DNA of 64,000 bases, from NCBI RefSeq assembly GCF_006345805.1, contig NW_021833036.1:62001-126000 (forward strand), in the 5' to 3' direction. This document shows, piece by piece, positions 35,546 through 47,431 of this stretch. Numbering within the stretch: position 1 is the stretch's first letter; every line of letters begins with the position of its first letter. Both the position numbers and the translations under genes were made by a program. The notes beneath the pieces were generated by a model that searched no databases, had not been told where the DNA came from, and saw only the letters and a list, made by a program, of their open reading frames with translations. Source of the DNA: Octopus sinensis (lineage: Eukaryota).

Positions 35546-36361
35546 GTCATCATTGTTCAACCGGGGTCGAGACAATGGAATTTACCATGCTACGCTAGAC
35601 TTCACGGTCCATCATGGCATTACGGAGGTCCTGTTGCTGGATGCCTGTATCCCTGGAGATTACATCAGGGTAGGAGAGTGTGCGCCCTCTGGTATCGCGA
35701 CCGTGGTCGAGACAATGGAATTTACCATGCTACGCCAGACTTCACGGTCCATCATGGCATTATGGAGGTCCTGTTGCTGGATGCCTGTATCCCTGGAGAT
35801 TACATCAGGGTAGGAGAATGTGCGCCCTCTGGTATTGCGAGTAGATGGCTTCCAGAGGAGAAGAGTAGAAGTTACCTCTTTTTCAGCTCTACAACAATGT
35901 CCAGCAAACTGGACTCTTTTACCTTTCACAATAGATGACACAGGTGGTAATTTCCCATATATTTGCATTTTCGTTGGATGACGCTTCCACGAGAGATTTT
36001 GAGCTCTCATAAGGAGGCGAGTGTAGGTTCCATCCAACCGCCTCTCAAGCTTCTTTGATAATGCCCAGGTTTCTGAGCCATGTAGTAGAATTGGTTCAAC
36101 TGTGGCTTTGAAGATTTCAAGTTTGAAGTCCCTACTTAGATTTGATGACCAGATCTTATGCATATCATTACAGGCTGACCAGGCCATACCCTTTCTAGTT
36201 AGAAAATCTTTTCCAGATGATGATATGTATGACCCAAGATATTTGTAATCAGAAACCATATTTAAGGGCGTATTGTTGAGAGTATGGGTGATGCAATCAC
36301 TGTTGGACAGGCACTTTTTTATATATTCAGTCTTGGCCTCATTGAGGTAAAGACCTTTTTT
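35546..36361 (-). mobile_element. 5'-truncated RTE-clade LINE (RTE-B) with 140-bp duplicated 3' end
   Basis: YKYLGSYI...FKATVEPILLHGSETW...RVQFAGHC; duplication offsets at 35569 and 35709. Confidence 0.9.
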
Positions 36362-36746
36362 TGAAGCACTCCGTCGGTTACGACGACGAGGGTTCCGGTT
36401 GATCCGAATCAACGGAGCAGCCTGCTCGTGAAATTAACGTGTAAGTGGCTGAGCGCTCCACAGACACGTGCACCCTTAACGTAGTTCTCGGGGATATTCA
36501 GCGTGACACAGAGAGTGACAAGGCCGGCCCTTTGAAATACAGGTACAACAGAAACAGGAAGTAAGAGTGAGAGAAAGTTGTGGTGAAAGAGTACAGCAGG
36601 GATCACCACCATCCCCTGCCGGAGCCTCGTGGAGCTTTTAGGTGTTTTCGCTCAGTAAACACTCACAACGCCCGGTCTGGGAATCGAAACCGCGATCCTA
36701 TGACCACGAGTCCGCTGCCCTAACCACTGGGCCATTGCGCCTCCAC
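36362..36746 (-). mobile_element. SINE-D
   Basis: Full-length, directly abutting the 5' end of RTE-B. Confidence 0.9.
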
Positions 36747-37257
36747 ATAATGGTAATACATACATTAGAAGTGTGTTATCATCATTGTGTCTGTTTCCCA
36801 TGCTGACATGGATCGGATGGGTCATCATGTATATATATGTATGTTTCTGTGTCTGTGTTTGTCCCCCTAGAATTGCTTGACAACCGATGCTAGTGTGCTT
36901 ACGTTCCTGTCACTTAGCGGTTCGGCAAAAAGAGACCGATAGAATGAGTACTGGGTTTACAAAGAATAAGTCCCGGGGTCGATTTGCTCGACTAAAGGCG
37001 GTGCTCCAGCATGGCCTCAGTCAAATGACTGAAACAAGTAAAAGAAAAAAAAAAAGAAAAAGAAAAGGAATAAAATAAACACAATAAGACCTTGTAAAAA
37101 CTTTAGACCTGGGTTTGTACCCCCTATACAAATTTCGTTTCTGAGCCAGCGGTGTCATTCCTGTCTGTCTATGGGGAAACATTTGCTTGTTTGGAAACAG
37201 GTGTTGGCAATAGGAAGGGCATCTAGATTTTGAAAACCTTCCTTAACCTTTTAGCAT

Positions 37258-39242
37258 TTAACCCTTTTCTTACTGTATTTATTTTGAGATGCTCTGTGTT
37301 TCTTTAAATTACTTTAAATATAACAAAGAATTTAGTAAAATAACTTTGTTATCATTAAGCTAGTGTTAGGAACATAAATTGTGACTAAGGTTTGGTGGAA
37401 GATTTTAATTCAAAACTTATGAAGACAAGACATTTGTACTACAGAGCCAGAGGTGGTTTCAGCCGGGGTGGTAACGAAAGGGTTAAGAATTGTTTCTCTA
37501 TTATATATTTTAACCCTTTCGTTACCATATTTCTGTTGAGATGCTCCATGTTTCTTTCAATTACTTTAAATATAACAAAGAATTTAGTAAAATAACTTGG
37601 TTATCATTAAGCTAGTGTTAGGAACATAAACTGTGACTAAGGTTTGGTGGAAGGTTTTAATTCAGAACTTATGAAAACAAGACATTTGTACTACAGAGCC
37701 AGAGCCGGTTTCAGCCGGGTTGGTATCAAAAGGGTTAAGAATTGTTTCTCTATTATATATTTTAACCCTTTTGTTACCATATTTCTGTTGAGATTCTCCA
37801 TGTTTCTTTAAATTACTTTAAATATAACAAAGAATTTAGTAAAATAACTTGGTTATCATTAAGTTAGTGTTAGGAACATAAACTGTGACTAAGGTTTGGT
37901 GGAAGATTTTAATTCAGAACTTATGAAAACAAGACATTTGTACTACAGAGCCAGGGGTAGTTTCAGCCGGGTTGGTATCAAAAGGGTTAAGAATTGTTTC
38001 TCTATTATATATTTTAACCCATTCGTTACCATATTTCTGTTGAGATGCTCCATGTTTCTTTAAATTACTTTAAATATAACAAAGAATTTAGTAAAATAAC
38101 TTAGTTATCATTAAGCTAGTGTTAGGAACATAAACTGTGACTAAGGTTTGGTGGAAGATTTTAATTCAGAACTTATGAAAACAAGACATTTGTACTACGG
38201 AGCCAGAAGTGGTTTCAGGTTGGTTGGTATCAAAAGGGTTAAGAATTGTTTCTCTATTATATATTTTAACCCTTTTGTTACCATATTTCTGTTGAGATGC
38301 TCCATGTTTCTTTCAATTACTTTAAATATAACAAAGAATTTAGTAAAATAACTTCGTTATCATTAAGCTAGTGTTAGGAACATAAACTGTGACTAAGGTT
38401 TGGTGGAAGATTTTAATTCAGAACTTATGAAAACAAGACATTTGTACTACAGAGCCAGCGCCAGTTTCAGCCGGGTGGTATCAAGGGTTAAGAATTGTTT
38501 CTCTATTATATATTTTAACCCTTTTGTTACCATATTTCTGTTGAGATGCTCGTGGTTCTTTCAATTACTTTAAATATAACAAAGAATTTAGTAAAATAAC
38601 TTCGTTATCTTAAGCTAGTTTGTTAGGACATAAATGGTGACTAAGGTTGGTGAAGATTGTAATTCAAAACTTTTGAAAACAAGACATTTGTACTACAGAG
38701 CCAGAGGCAGTTTCAGCCGGGTTGGTATCAAAAGGGTTCAGAATTGTTTCTCTATTATATATTTTAACCCTTTTGTTACCGTATTTCTGTTGAGATGCTC
38801 TGTGTTTCTTTAAATTACTTTAAATATAACAAAGAATTTAGTAAAATAACTTAGTTATCATTAAGCTAGTGTTAGGAACATAAATTGTGACTAAGGTTTG
38901 GTGGAAGATTTTAATTCAGAACTTATGAAAACAAGACATTTGTACTACAGAGCCAGAGCTGGTTTCAGCCGGGTTAGTATCAAAAGGGCTGAGAATTGTT
39001 TCTCTATTATATATTTTAACCCTTTTGTTACCATATTTCTGTTGAGATGCTCTGTGTTTCTTTCAATTATTTTAAATATAACAAAGAATTATTAAAATAA
39101 TGTAGTCATCATTAAGCTAGTGTTAGGAACATAAATTGTGACTAAGGTTTGGTGGAAGATTTTAATTCAAAACTTATAAGAATAAGACATTTGTACTCAG
39201 AGCCAGAGCCGGTTTCAGCCAGGTTAGTAACGAAAGGGTTAA
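37258..39242 (-). repeat. Tandem array of 8 piggyBac-type MITE units, ~252-bp period, inverted relative to the 15.3-kb array
   Basis: Unit starts at 37262, 37514, 37766, 38018, 38270, 38519, 38768 and 39020. Confidence 0.92.
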
Positions 39243-39688
39243 ACTGGCCCTGTCTGGCCCAAATATTCCACTTTTTCTAGTGTTAAAACTAACCATAACT
39301 GGCCTTTAACACCTAAGTGTCATCCTAAAAATAAACAACCAGGCTGGGGTCAGGTGTAGCTCTCTGGCTTACCAGTTAGCAGTTCTGCTCAAAACGTCCG
39401 ACCCATGCCAGCATGGAAAAATGAACGTTAAATGATGGTGATGAGGCCATTGAACTATTGAAGCTACAAGGCAGGGCATGATTAATTCAAAACATGAATG
39501 AGTAATTGTTACATTTCACAGAGAAGGCCCTGAATGCCAGGGGTTAAAACCAGCTGTATCAGGCCTAAATTTTCTACCTGTTTTATTTGCAAACAGGCCA
39601 GATCCAGCCTCTCACACCTACCCTACAATGTTATTCTTTAAAAAAAATACATTTACATCATTGAAATCTTGAAGCTATGAGATAATGT

Positions 39689-40620
39689 ACTGTAAATCCT
39701 CGAGTATAATCCGCATTTTTTTCCCAAAATTTCAAGGTCAAAATCCCTAGTGCGTACTATATACGAGGTTAGTGGAGGCGCAATGGCCCAGTGGTTAGGG
39801 CAGCGGACTAGCAGTCATAGGATCGCGGTTTCGATTCCCAGACCGGGCGTTGTGAGTGTTTATTGAGCGAAAACACCTAAAGCTCCACGAGGCTCCGGCA
39901 GGGGATGGTGGTGATCCCTGCTGTACTCTTTCACCACAACTTTCTCTCACTCTTACTTCCTGTTTCTGTTGTACCTGTATTTCAAAGGGCCAGCCTTGTC
40001 ACTCTCTGTGTCACGCTGAATATCCCCGAGAACTACGTTAAGGGTGCACGTGTCTGTGGAGTGCTCAGCCACTTACACGTTAATTACACGAGCAGGCTGT
40101 TCCGTTGATTCGGATCAACCAGAACCCTCATCGTCGTAACAGACAGAGTGCTTCCAAATACGAGGTTAAAAATGAAAAATATTTTCTAAGCAATGTCCGA
40201 GTCTCTATTTGCTGCCTGGAAATGTTTATTCAGACGCATTTTGTGATGTCGGGCGCGAAAATACCTTAAGCTAAGCCTGAAAGCAATGAAGTCATAAAAG
40301 AATCATCCATAACTTGCAGTAAGCAACATTTATTAAAATAAAAGTATTCAGAACACAGAATAACATGTAACAAAAACAATTTTCTGATGTTGACTATGAA
40401 TCTGATGATGACAGATTTACACAACAATGATGCTGACATGTTTACGGAGGAACAAATGGAACAGTTATTTGATGCTGAAAGTGATGTTGAATTTGAAGGA
40501 TTTGAATAAATATTTTTGCTTTTGCTTTTGTAACTGATAGCGATAAATATGTAAAGGCAATTTACTTAATATTTATTTTTCTCTGGCATTATTACTGTTA
40601 TTTCTTTATTTTCTGCAAAC
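39689..40620 (+). mobile_element. pogo/Tigger-like non-autonomous element interrupted by SINE-D
   Basis: TA-CTGTAAATCCTCGAGTATAATCCGCA start; acidic C-terminal remnant MFTEEQMEQLFDAESDVEFEGFE*. The right end is approximate. Confidence 0.6.
39772..40157 (+). mobile_element. SINE-D with 11-bp TSD
   Basis: TSD ATACGAGGTTA at 39761-39771 and 40158-40168. Confidence 0.92.
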
Positions 40621-40889
40621 AAATGGCACAAAAAAGCTACAAGGTCATTCTAAGAATATACAATCACATCATTGAAATCTCAAAGCTATGAGATAATCCA
40701 TGATTAATTCAAAACAGTGCTGAATAAATAAATATTACATTTGACAGAGTAATCAGAATGCTAAAAGCTTAGTAAACTGGCCAGATCTAGCTATTTTAAG
40801 TTTAAACCAGCTATTTCCAGCTTCTCACACATACATATCATCATCATCATCGTTTAATGTCTGTTTTCCGTGCTAGCATGGGTTGGACG

Positions 40890-42200
40890 GTTCAAGGTGG
40901 TACCAGTTATGCACTGGGGTCGATATAATCGACTTAATCCATTTGTCTGTCCTTGTTTGTCCCTTCTGTGTATAGCCCTTGTAGGTCAGTAAAGAAATAA
41001 GAAATGTTAGGCGCAGGAGTGGCTGTGTGGTAAGTAGCTTGCTAACCAACCACATGGTTCCGGGTTCAGTCCCACTGCGTGACATCTTGGGCAAGTGTCT
41101 TCTGCTATAGCCCCGGGCCGACCAATGCCTTGTGAGTGGATTTGGTAGACGGAAACTGAAAGAAGCCTGTCGTATATATGTATATATATGTGTATGTGTT
41201 TGTGTGTCTGTGTTTGTACCCCTAGCATTGCTTGACAACCGATGCTGGTGTGTTTACGTCCCCGTTACTTAGCGGTTTGGCAAAAGCGACCGATAGAATA
41301 AGTACTGGGCTTACAAAGAATAAGTCCCGGGGTCGAGTTGCTCGACTAAAGGCGGTGCTCCAGCATGGCCGCAGTCAAATGACTGAAACAAGTAAAAGAG
41401 TAAAAGAGTAATAAGCCAGGCAAAATACTTAGCGGTATTTTGTCTGCCGTTACGTTCTGACTTCAAATTCTGCTGAGGTCGACTTTGCCTTTCATCCTTT
41501 CAGGGTCGATAAATTGAGTACCAGTTATGCACTGGGGTCGATATAATCGACTTAATCTGTTTGTCCTCTCTGTGTTTAGCCCCTTGTGGGTAGTAAAGAA
41601 ATAGGTATTTCGTCTGCCGTTACGTTCTGACTTCAAATTCGGCCGAGGTCGACTTTGCCTTTCATCCTTTCGGGGTCAATAAATTAAGTACCAGTTACGC
41701 ACTGGGGTCGATGTAATCGACTTAATACCTATGTCTGTCCTTGTTTGTCTCCTCTGTGTTTAGCCCCTTGTGGGTTGTAAAGAAATAGGTATTTCGTCTG
41801 CCGTTACGTTCTGAGTTCAAATTCCGCTGAGATCGACTTTGCCTTTCATCCTTTCAGGGTCAATAAATTTAGTACCAGTTACACACTGGGGCCGATGTAA
41901 TCGACTTAATCTGTTTGTCTGTCCTTGTTTGTCCCCTCTGTGTTTCACCCCTTGTGGGACTGAACTCAGAACCATGTTCTAATCATCTTTTCTCTTGGAG
42001 GCACAAAGCCTGAAATTTGTGGGGACGGAGCTAGTTGATTACATTGACCCCAGTGTTTCACTGGTACTTAATTTATCAACCCTGAAATGATGAAAGGCAA
42101 AGTCAACATCAGCAGAATTTGAACCTAGAACGTAGTCATTGGCGAAATACTGCGAAGCATTTTGTCCAGCGTTCTAACGATTCTGCCAGCTCGCAGCCTT
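40890..42200. mobile_element. SINE-C cluster (tandem bodies 41415-41960) with nested SINE-B (41008-41410)
   Basis: Sequence identity with other copies. Confidence 0.85.
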
Positions 42201-42218
42201 GAACCATGTCCTAATAAT

Positions 42219-42605
42219 ATATTTATATATATAAAGCTGAAGTTGTCTGTGTATGGCAGGTTTGGTAGCCTTCAACTAACACCATCTCCTCCGAGACCCT
42301 GCGGCATAAGTTGACCAAAATTGAGAGTATGATAGAAGAAGGCTTGCTCTTCATTCCGTAGAAGATAAAATTCAAATCGGACCATGTTAACACCAAAAAT
42401 TACTTACATCAAAAAGGTGCTTTTTTTCTTTGAAAATCCCTATTTTTTACGAATTTTTGACTGCTGTGTTGCCATTTTTCGGTGTATTTCAACCAGAAAA
42501 ATGTTCACTTAAAGAGAATAACAAGCTACATAATGCAAAATTTTTCAAAAATTCCAATTCTAAAGGGTCAAAACAAACCCGAGCAATGCTGGGCGATACT
42601 GCTAG
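42219..42605 (+). mobile_element. Hel-H non-autonomous Helitron
   Basis: Ends cccgagcaatgctgggcgatactgCTAG|T. Confidence 0.85.
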
Positions 42606-42745
42606 TTCAGTTATAGAAATACAATACGATTTTTTAAACATTGAATAGCAATGGGGTCCACATAAATAAAATAGGAATTAAAGAGGTTCATAAAACCTGG
42701 TTGAGAAACACTGTGTTTGAGGGTTAAAATAAATTTGGTATTATA

Positions 42746-43147
42746 GGCGTAGGAGTGGCTGTGTGGTAAGTAGCTTGCTTGCCAACCACATAGTTCCGGG
42801 TTCAGTTCCACTGCATGACACCTTGGGCAAGTGTCTTCTTGGAAAGCCTCGGGCCGACCTAAGCCTTGTGAGTGGATTTGGTAGCCGGAAACTGAAAGAA
42901 GCCTATCGTATATATGTATGTGTGTGTGTATATGTCTGTGTGTCTGTGTTTGTCCCCCCAACATCGCTTGACAACCGATGCTGGTGTGTTTACGTCCCCG
43001 TAACTTAGTGGTTCGGCAAAAGAGACTGACAGAATAAGCACTAGGCTTACAAAGAATAAGTCCTGGGGTCGATTTGCTCGACTAAAGGCGGTGCTCCAGC
43101 ATGGCCGCAGTCAAATGACTGAAACAAGTAAAAGAGTAAAAAGAGAG
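42746..43147 (+). mobile_element. SINE-B, ending ~110 bp upstream of the GORAB exon 2 acceptor
   Basis: Full-length copy. Confidence 0.9.
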
Positions 43148-43259
43148 TATTAATTTTTTTGTCTTTCTTTTGTGGTTGTTTTGTGTTTTACTGATTTTTG
43201 TTTTTCTTTCTCTTTTCCTCCTTCTCCATCCCTAACCTCGCTGCTGCCATGACTACCAG

Positions 43260-43697
43260 AGAGGAAACTCCATGCGTCTGCTAAGAAACAAGCCAATTTT
43301 GGCAAACAGAAGAACAAGAATCCCAAGGATCGTGTTATGACCAGCCCAAAGAAGCGAGTTACTTTGAGCGACGTCGTACAAGTGATGCCGGTTGATGAAA
43401 TGTTAAGTCCAGCCAGTATGTTCAATGGAGAAAACGGTGTCCCCGGCGCCAAAGAGGGCCCAAACGCCAACAAACCCAAAGTACCTCAAACACCACCAAA
43501 GTCTGTCCTGAAAAATTCCAAATCTGCAGAACGTAGAAAATTGCAGAATTCTTACAGTACAGAGACATCTTCTGTTAATGAACCTTCACAGGGGACATCT
43601 TCGCAAGAGACCCCTCACAAGAAAACCCTTCACAAGAGGAGTCTGCAACAGAGACAGAATTACCTTGTCGAGAACTGGATGAGCAAGAAGCGCTAAC
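43260..43697 (+). CDS. GORAB: GORAB exon 2 (low-complexity linker) with apparent 1-nt deletion near 43613-43615
   Basis: Acceptor ccag|AG (phase 1, giving E-RKLHASAKKQ...) after a pyrimidine tract. Donor AC|GTAAAT at 43698 is in phase with exon 3 only in the +1 frame (...ENPSQEESATETELPCRELDEQEAL). Length is 438 nt where 439 is required. Confidence 0.8.
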
Positions 43698-44119
43698 GTA
43701 AATTTATTTATTTATTTTATTATCTTTTGTTCTTTTAGTTTTGTTTCAGGTGTTGGGCTGTGGCCATGCTGGGGGCACCATCTTGAAGGGTTTAAGGGTT
43801 TTAGTCAAGATTCTGTTACTCGTTTCTCTTCCTTCTTTTTTTTCTTTAAAGCACCCATTGCATTCTTGGGGTGTTAGGGAGGGCATCCAGCCATAGAAAC
43901 CAATCCAAATCAGACTGGAACCCGGTGCAGTTCTCCGGCTTACCAGTTCCACTCAAACCATCTAACCCATACCAGCATGAAAAGCAGATGTTAAATGATG
44001 ATGATGATAAGTCTGCTACATATTCTTATTTCTTGTGCTCTGGGACATATTTCTGGCATATGGTTTGCATAACAGACATGAAATATTCTAGTTTCATGCC
44101 AATGTCTGGTGTGGAGCGA

Positions 44120-44960
44120 CATTTTAGCGACTCCTGTCAGAGGATTCTTTTGGGATCGATTTCCAGTCTGCTTTGTGGAAGTTCAGATTGGAGAGATTTC
44201 GGGTGCTTCCTTTAGGCTGTATGTCTCTGGTTACTTTTGGCCCAAACATAGACAGCTCTATTATGTTGTGATCCGAGACTAATGTCGGTGTCACTTTCAC
44301 ATCATGAATGATGTCCATATTGTTCGTGAAGCAGAGATCCAGAATGTTATTCGCCCTAGTTGCTCTGAGCACAACTTGCTCCATGAATAAGGCATTGGTC
44401 AGGTTGAGCAGAGACTCCACCTGTGCTTGTTTGCAATGAGTCATTCCTGAGAGCATGAGGCCTTATGGCCATTTGATGTTGGGGAAGTTGAAATCACGCA
44501 TAAGAAATATGGTCATGTGGTGTTCCATTTTCATGAGGATCTCTTTAATTCTTGTGAGGTAATCTTCAAACTTGCCTAAGTGATTTGGGGCATCCAGTTG
44601 GCAATATGTATTGCATATGACTATATTATGTTGTCTTATGTATACAATTAGAGTGTCACATACTGAATTTGAGTATGACAGTAAGACCTGGGGTGTGAGG
44701 TCATCACGGATGTATACAGTAATTTTCCCTCCTGTCTGTTTGCAGTATGGTATCTTTTGGTACATGTACTTCTGTATCCTCTATATCAGGTCTCAGGTGA
44801 GTTTCCACAAGTGTTATGCATAGGGCTTGATTGCATGCAGTAAGGTCTCCCAGGTAGAAAATTTTGCTTTTGTAGTTACGATGCAACAGGCCCCCAATAT
44901 TTAGTAAAAATATTGGCATGACGACGGTGCTGGCATTAGGGGAGGCCATCCTGTGTCTGT
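44120..44960 (-). mobile_element. Decayed APE-endonuclease region of a CR1/L2-group LINE
   Basis: LNIGGL...ITLVETHL...GDFNFPNIKW-like...TRANNILDLCFTN...VSDHN, broken over three frames. Confidence 0.85.
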
Positions 44961-45359
44961 TGATCATGGTGGACTTGTGCAGTGTCATACGTATATCTCT
45001 TATATAAAATCCGTTCTGTTTGTCTGTGTGTGTGTCTTGTAGGATCTCGGGCATCCTCCATCCGGTTGCGCTCAAATTTGATATGTAGATACCGACAGTA
45101 TCAGGGCGTGTATAAGTCTTGAAAAAATTACAAAACTCGATTCCAGGTGAGAATGCGATCGATAAAGCCGTTTTTGTCCTGCTTTTCTTCCGTCAACCTA
45201 TACATAACTGCACCTTCCATTTTTTGTTGTTTTTGTACTTCTTAAGGGCACGTTTCTTTCCTGCCAAGCTTACTGTTTAAACCATGTTTGTGTTCTCCCA
45301 GTCAACAGCCTTATCATTACTGGTACTTTAAACTCTTCGGTTGCATATTTGTGTGAATA

Positions 45360-45720
45360 AAATCGATTTTATGTGCCACCGACACAGATGCCAGACAAGG
45401 CTGGCAAATGGCCACGCTCGGATGGTGTTTTTTTATGTGCCACCGACACAGGTGCCAGACGAGGCTGGCAGACAGCCATGCTCGGATGGTGTTTTTTATG
45501 TGCCACCGACACAGGTGCCAGACGAGGCTGGCGAACCGCCACGATCGGATGGTGTTTGTTACGTGCCCACAGCACGGAGGCCAGTCGATGCGGTACTGGC
45601 TACGGCCACGTTCGGATGGTTTTCTTATGTGCCACCGGCACTGGTACCACAAAGATACAAATTCCATTGATGTTCATCTATTTTGGTTTGGTTTGATTTT
45701 GGTTTGATTTTAAATATTTA
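45360..45720 (-). mobile_element. RTE-A 3'UTR internal fragment with 3-4 of the 62-bp units
   Basis: Reverse complement of 345-640. Confidence 0.8.
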
Positions 45721-45776
45721 TAAATTCTATCCAAGGAATATTGTCATCATCATTGTTATTATTATTATTATTGTGA

Positions 45777-46100
45777 AGGCACATTGCTCAGTGGTTAGAG
45801 CGTCGAGCTTACGATCATGAGGTTGTGAGTTCGAATCCCGGACCGGGCTGCGTGTTGTGTTCTTGAGCAAGACACTTTATTTCACGTTGCTCCAGTTCAC
45901 TCAGCTGTAGTAATGAGTTGCGACGTCACAGGTGCCAAGCTGTATCGGCCCTTTGCCTTTCCCTTGGATAACAACGGTGGTGTGAAGAGAGGCCGGTATG
46001 CATGGCAACTGCTGGTCTTCCATAAACAAACTTACCTGGACTTTTGCCTGGGAGGGTAACTTTCTAGGTGCAATCCCATGGTCAGTCATGACCAAAAGGG
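45777..46100 (+). mobile_element. SINE-E
   Basis: A-box and B-box GTTCGAATCC; matches the copy at 26077. Confidence 0.85.
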
Positions 46101-46167
46101 GTTTAACAGCCGTATTATTATTGTATGTGTGTGTATATGTATGTATATATATATATATATATATAAT

Positions 46168-46518
46168 AAGCACTATGACCTGGCAACGCTGGGTCATAGT
46201 GCTAGTGCATGCGTGCACACATACACGCGAGTACTGTCCAAATCTCTGACCATTCACATACAGCTAGCTGGCATTCAATTGGCGTATCAAGTTTCGGGCA
46301 TTTTGATTGGGATTTCGATAGAAAATTCACAAAAAAGTCACTTCTATTGATTTTTTTAATGGCTTTGCGGGGTGACTGGGGAAATGTAAAGATGTGCATG
46401 ACCACCCTTGGACGGTTTTCAATGACCATAGAAAGTGTGAGCCCTCTAACTGAAAAATTGTGTATTTGTATAAAGGATACACACACAGACAGATATTTTG
46501 CCGTTTGTATATAGAGAT
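46168..46518 (-). mobile_element. Helitron-like non-autonomous element with palindromic end
   Basis: 5' TCTCTATATACAAACGGCAAAATATCTGTCTG on the minus strand; 11-bp stem GCACTATGACC/GGTCATAGTGC at 46170-46202. Confidence 0.55.
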
Positions 46519-46519
46519 A

Positions 46520-46555
<36 letters not shown>

Positions 46556-46556
<1 letters not shown>

Positions 46557-46975
46557 GGCGAGCTGGCAGAATCGTTAGCACGCCGGGCGAAATGTGTAGC
46601 CATATTTCATCTGCCATTACGTTCTGTGTTCAAATTCCACCGAGGTCAACTTTGCCTTTCATCTTTTCGGGGTTGATAAATAAAGTACCGGTTACGCACT
46701 GGGGTCGATGTAATCGACTTAATCCCTTTGTCTGTCTTTGTTTGTCCCATCTATGTTTAGCCCCTTGTGGGCAATAAAGAAATATATATAGGTGGCACGT
46801 AAAAAGCACCCACTGCACTCGCGGAGTGGTTGGTGTTAGGAAGGGCATCCAGCCGTAGAAACACTGCCAGATTCAGACTGGAGCCTGGAGCAGCCCCTGG
46901 CTTCCCAGACCCCGGTCGAACCATCCAACCCGTGCTAGCGCGGAAAACGGACGTTAAACGATGATGATGATGATA
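46556..46975 (+). mobile_element. SINE-C followed by RTE-A 3' end
   Basis: Sequence identity with other copies. Confidence 0.85.
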
Positions 46976-47122
46976 TGCACCTATCTTACTGGTCTGAAAG
47001 GGTCCAGTAAAAACCATGAGCAAACCCCCTTATTTTATATCAAATCATTAACGAAATTTAAATCAGAACCCCAAAAGGGAATTCCTAAATATTTGTGCTT
47101 TTTCAATTCCTTCCTGTTGCAG

Positions 47123-47224
47123 CCGGGAGTTGACCCAAATTCAAAAATTCCAACACCAACAGAAACTTATAGAAGAAAAGAACAAGGAGACCCGGAATCT
47201 CCTTGCCGAAGCCATTAAGGACCG
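47123..47224 (+). CDS. GORAB: GORAB exon 3 (RELTQIQKFQHQQKLIEEKNKETRNLLAEAIKDR)
   Basis: ttccttcctgttgcag|C...CG|gtaagt, 102 nt, phase 2/2. Resembles the GORAB coiled-coil start (QRLMEEKNKRKKALLAKAI). Confidence 0.92.
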
Positions 47225-47431
47225 GTAAGTCCTGCCTTTAACCTTCTTTGGAAGTTCTTGGATTTAGTTTTTTGTATTTCGTGTGTAAGAGGATTCTTTG
47301 TTGGAAGAAATGATCCATAGAGTTATCAATAACTTTCATGAACGTCTCCAACAGTGTGTCGACAATGATGGGAAGCCATTAGCTGATTTAATTATTAAAA
47401 CTTAATGAAATAAAATGGCATTATATGTACT

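Noticed and set aside
37258-39242. CRISPR-like array
   Set aside because: Whole 252-bp units including the spacer are near-identical; there are no unique spacers, no cas genes, and the context is eukaryotic.
43337-43696. 119-aa ORF MTSPKKR... as an independent small protein
   Set aside because: It is the interior of GORAB exon 2; its stop results from the apparent frameshift.
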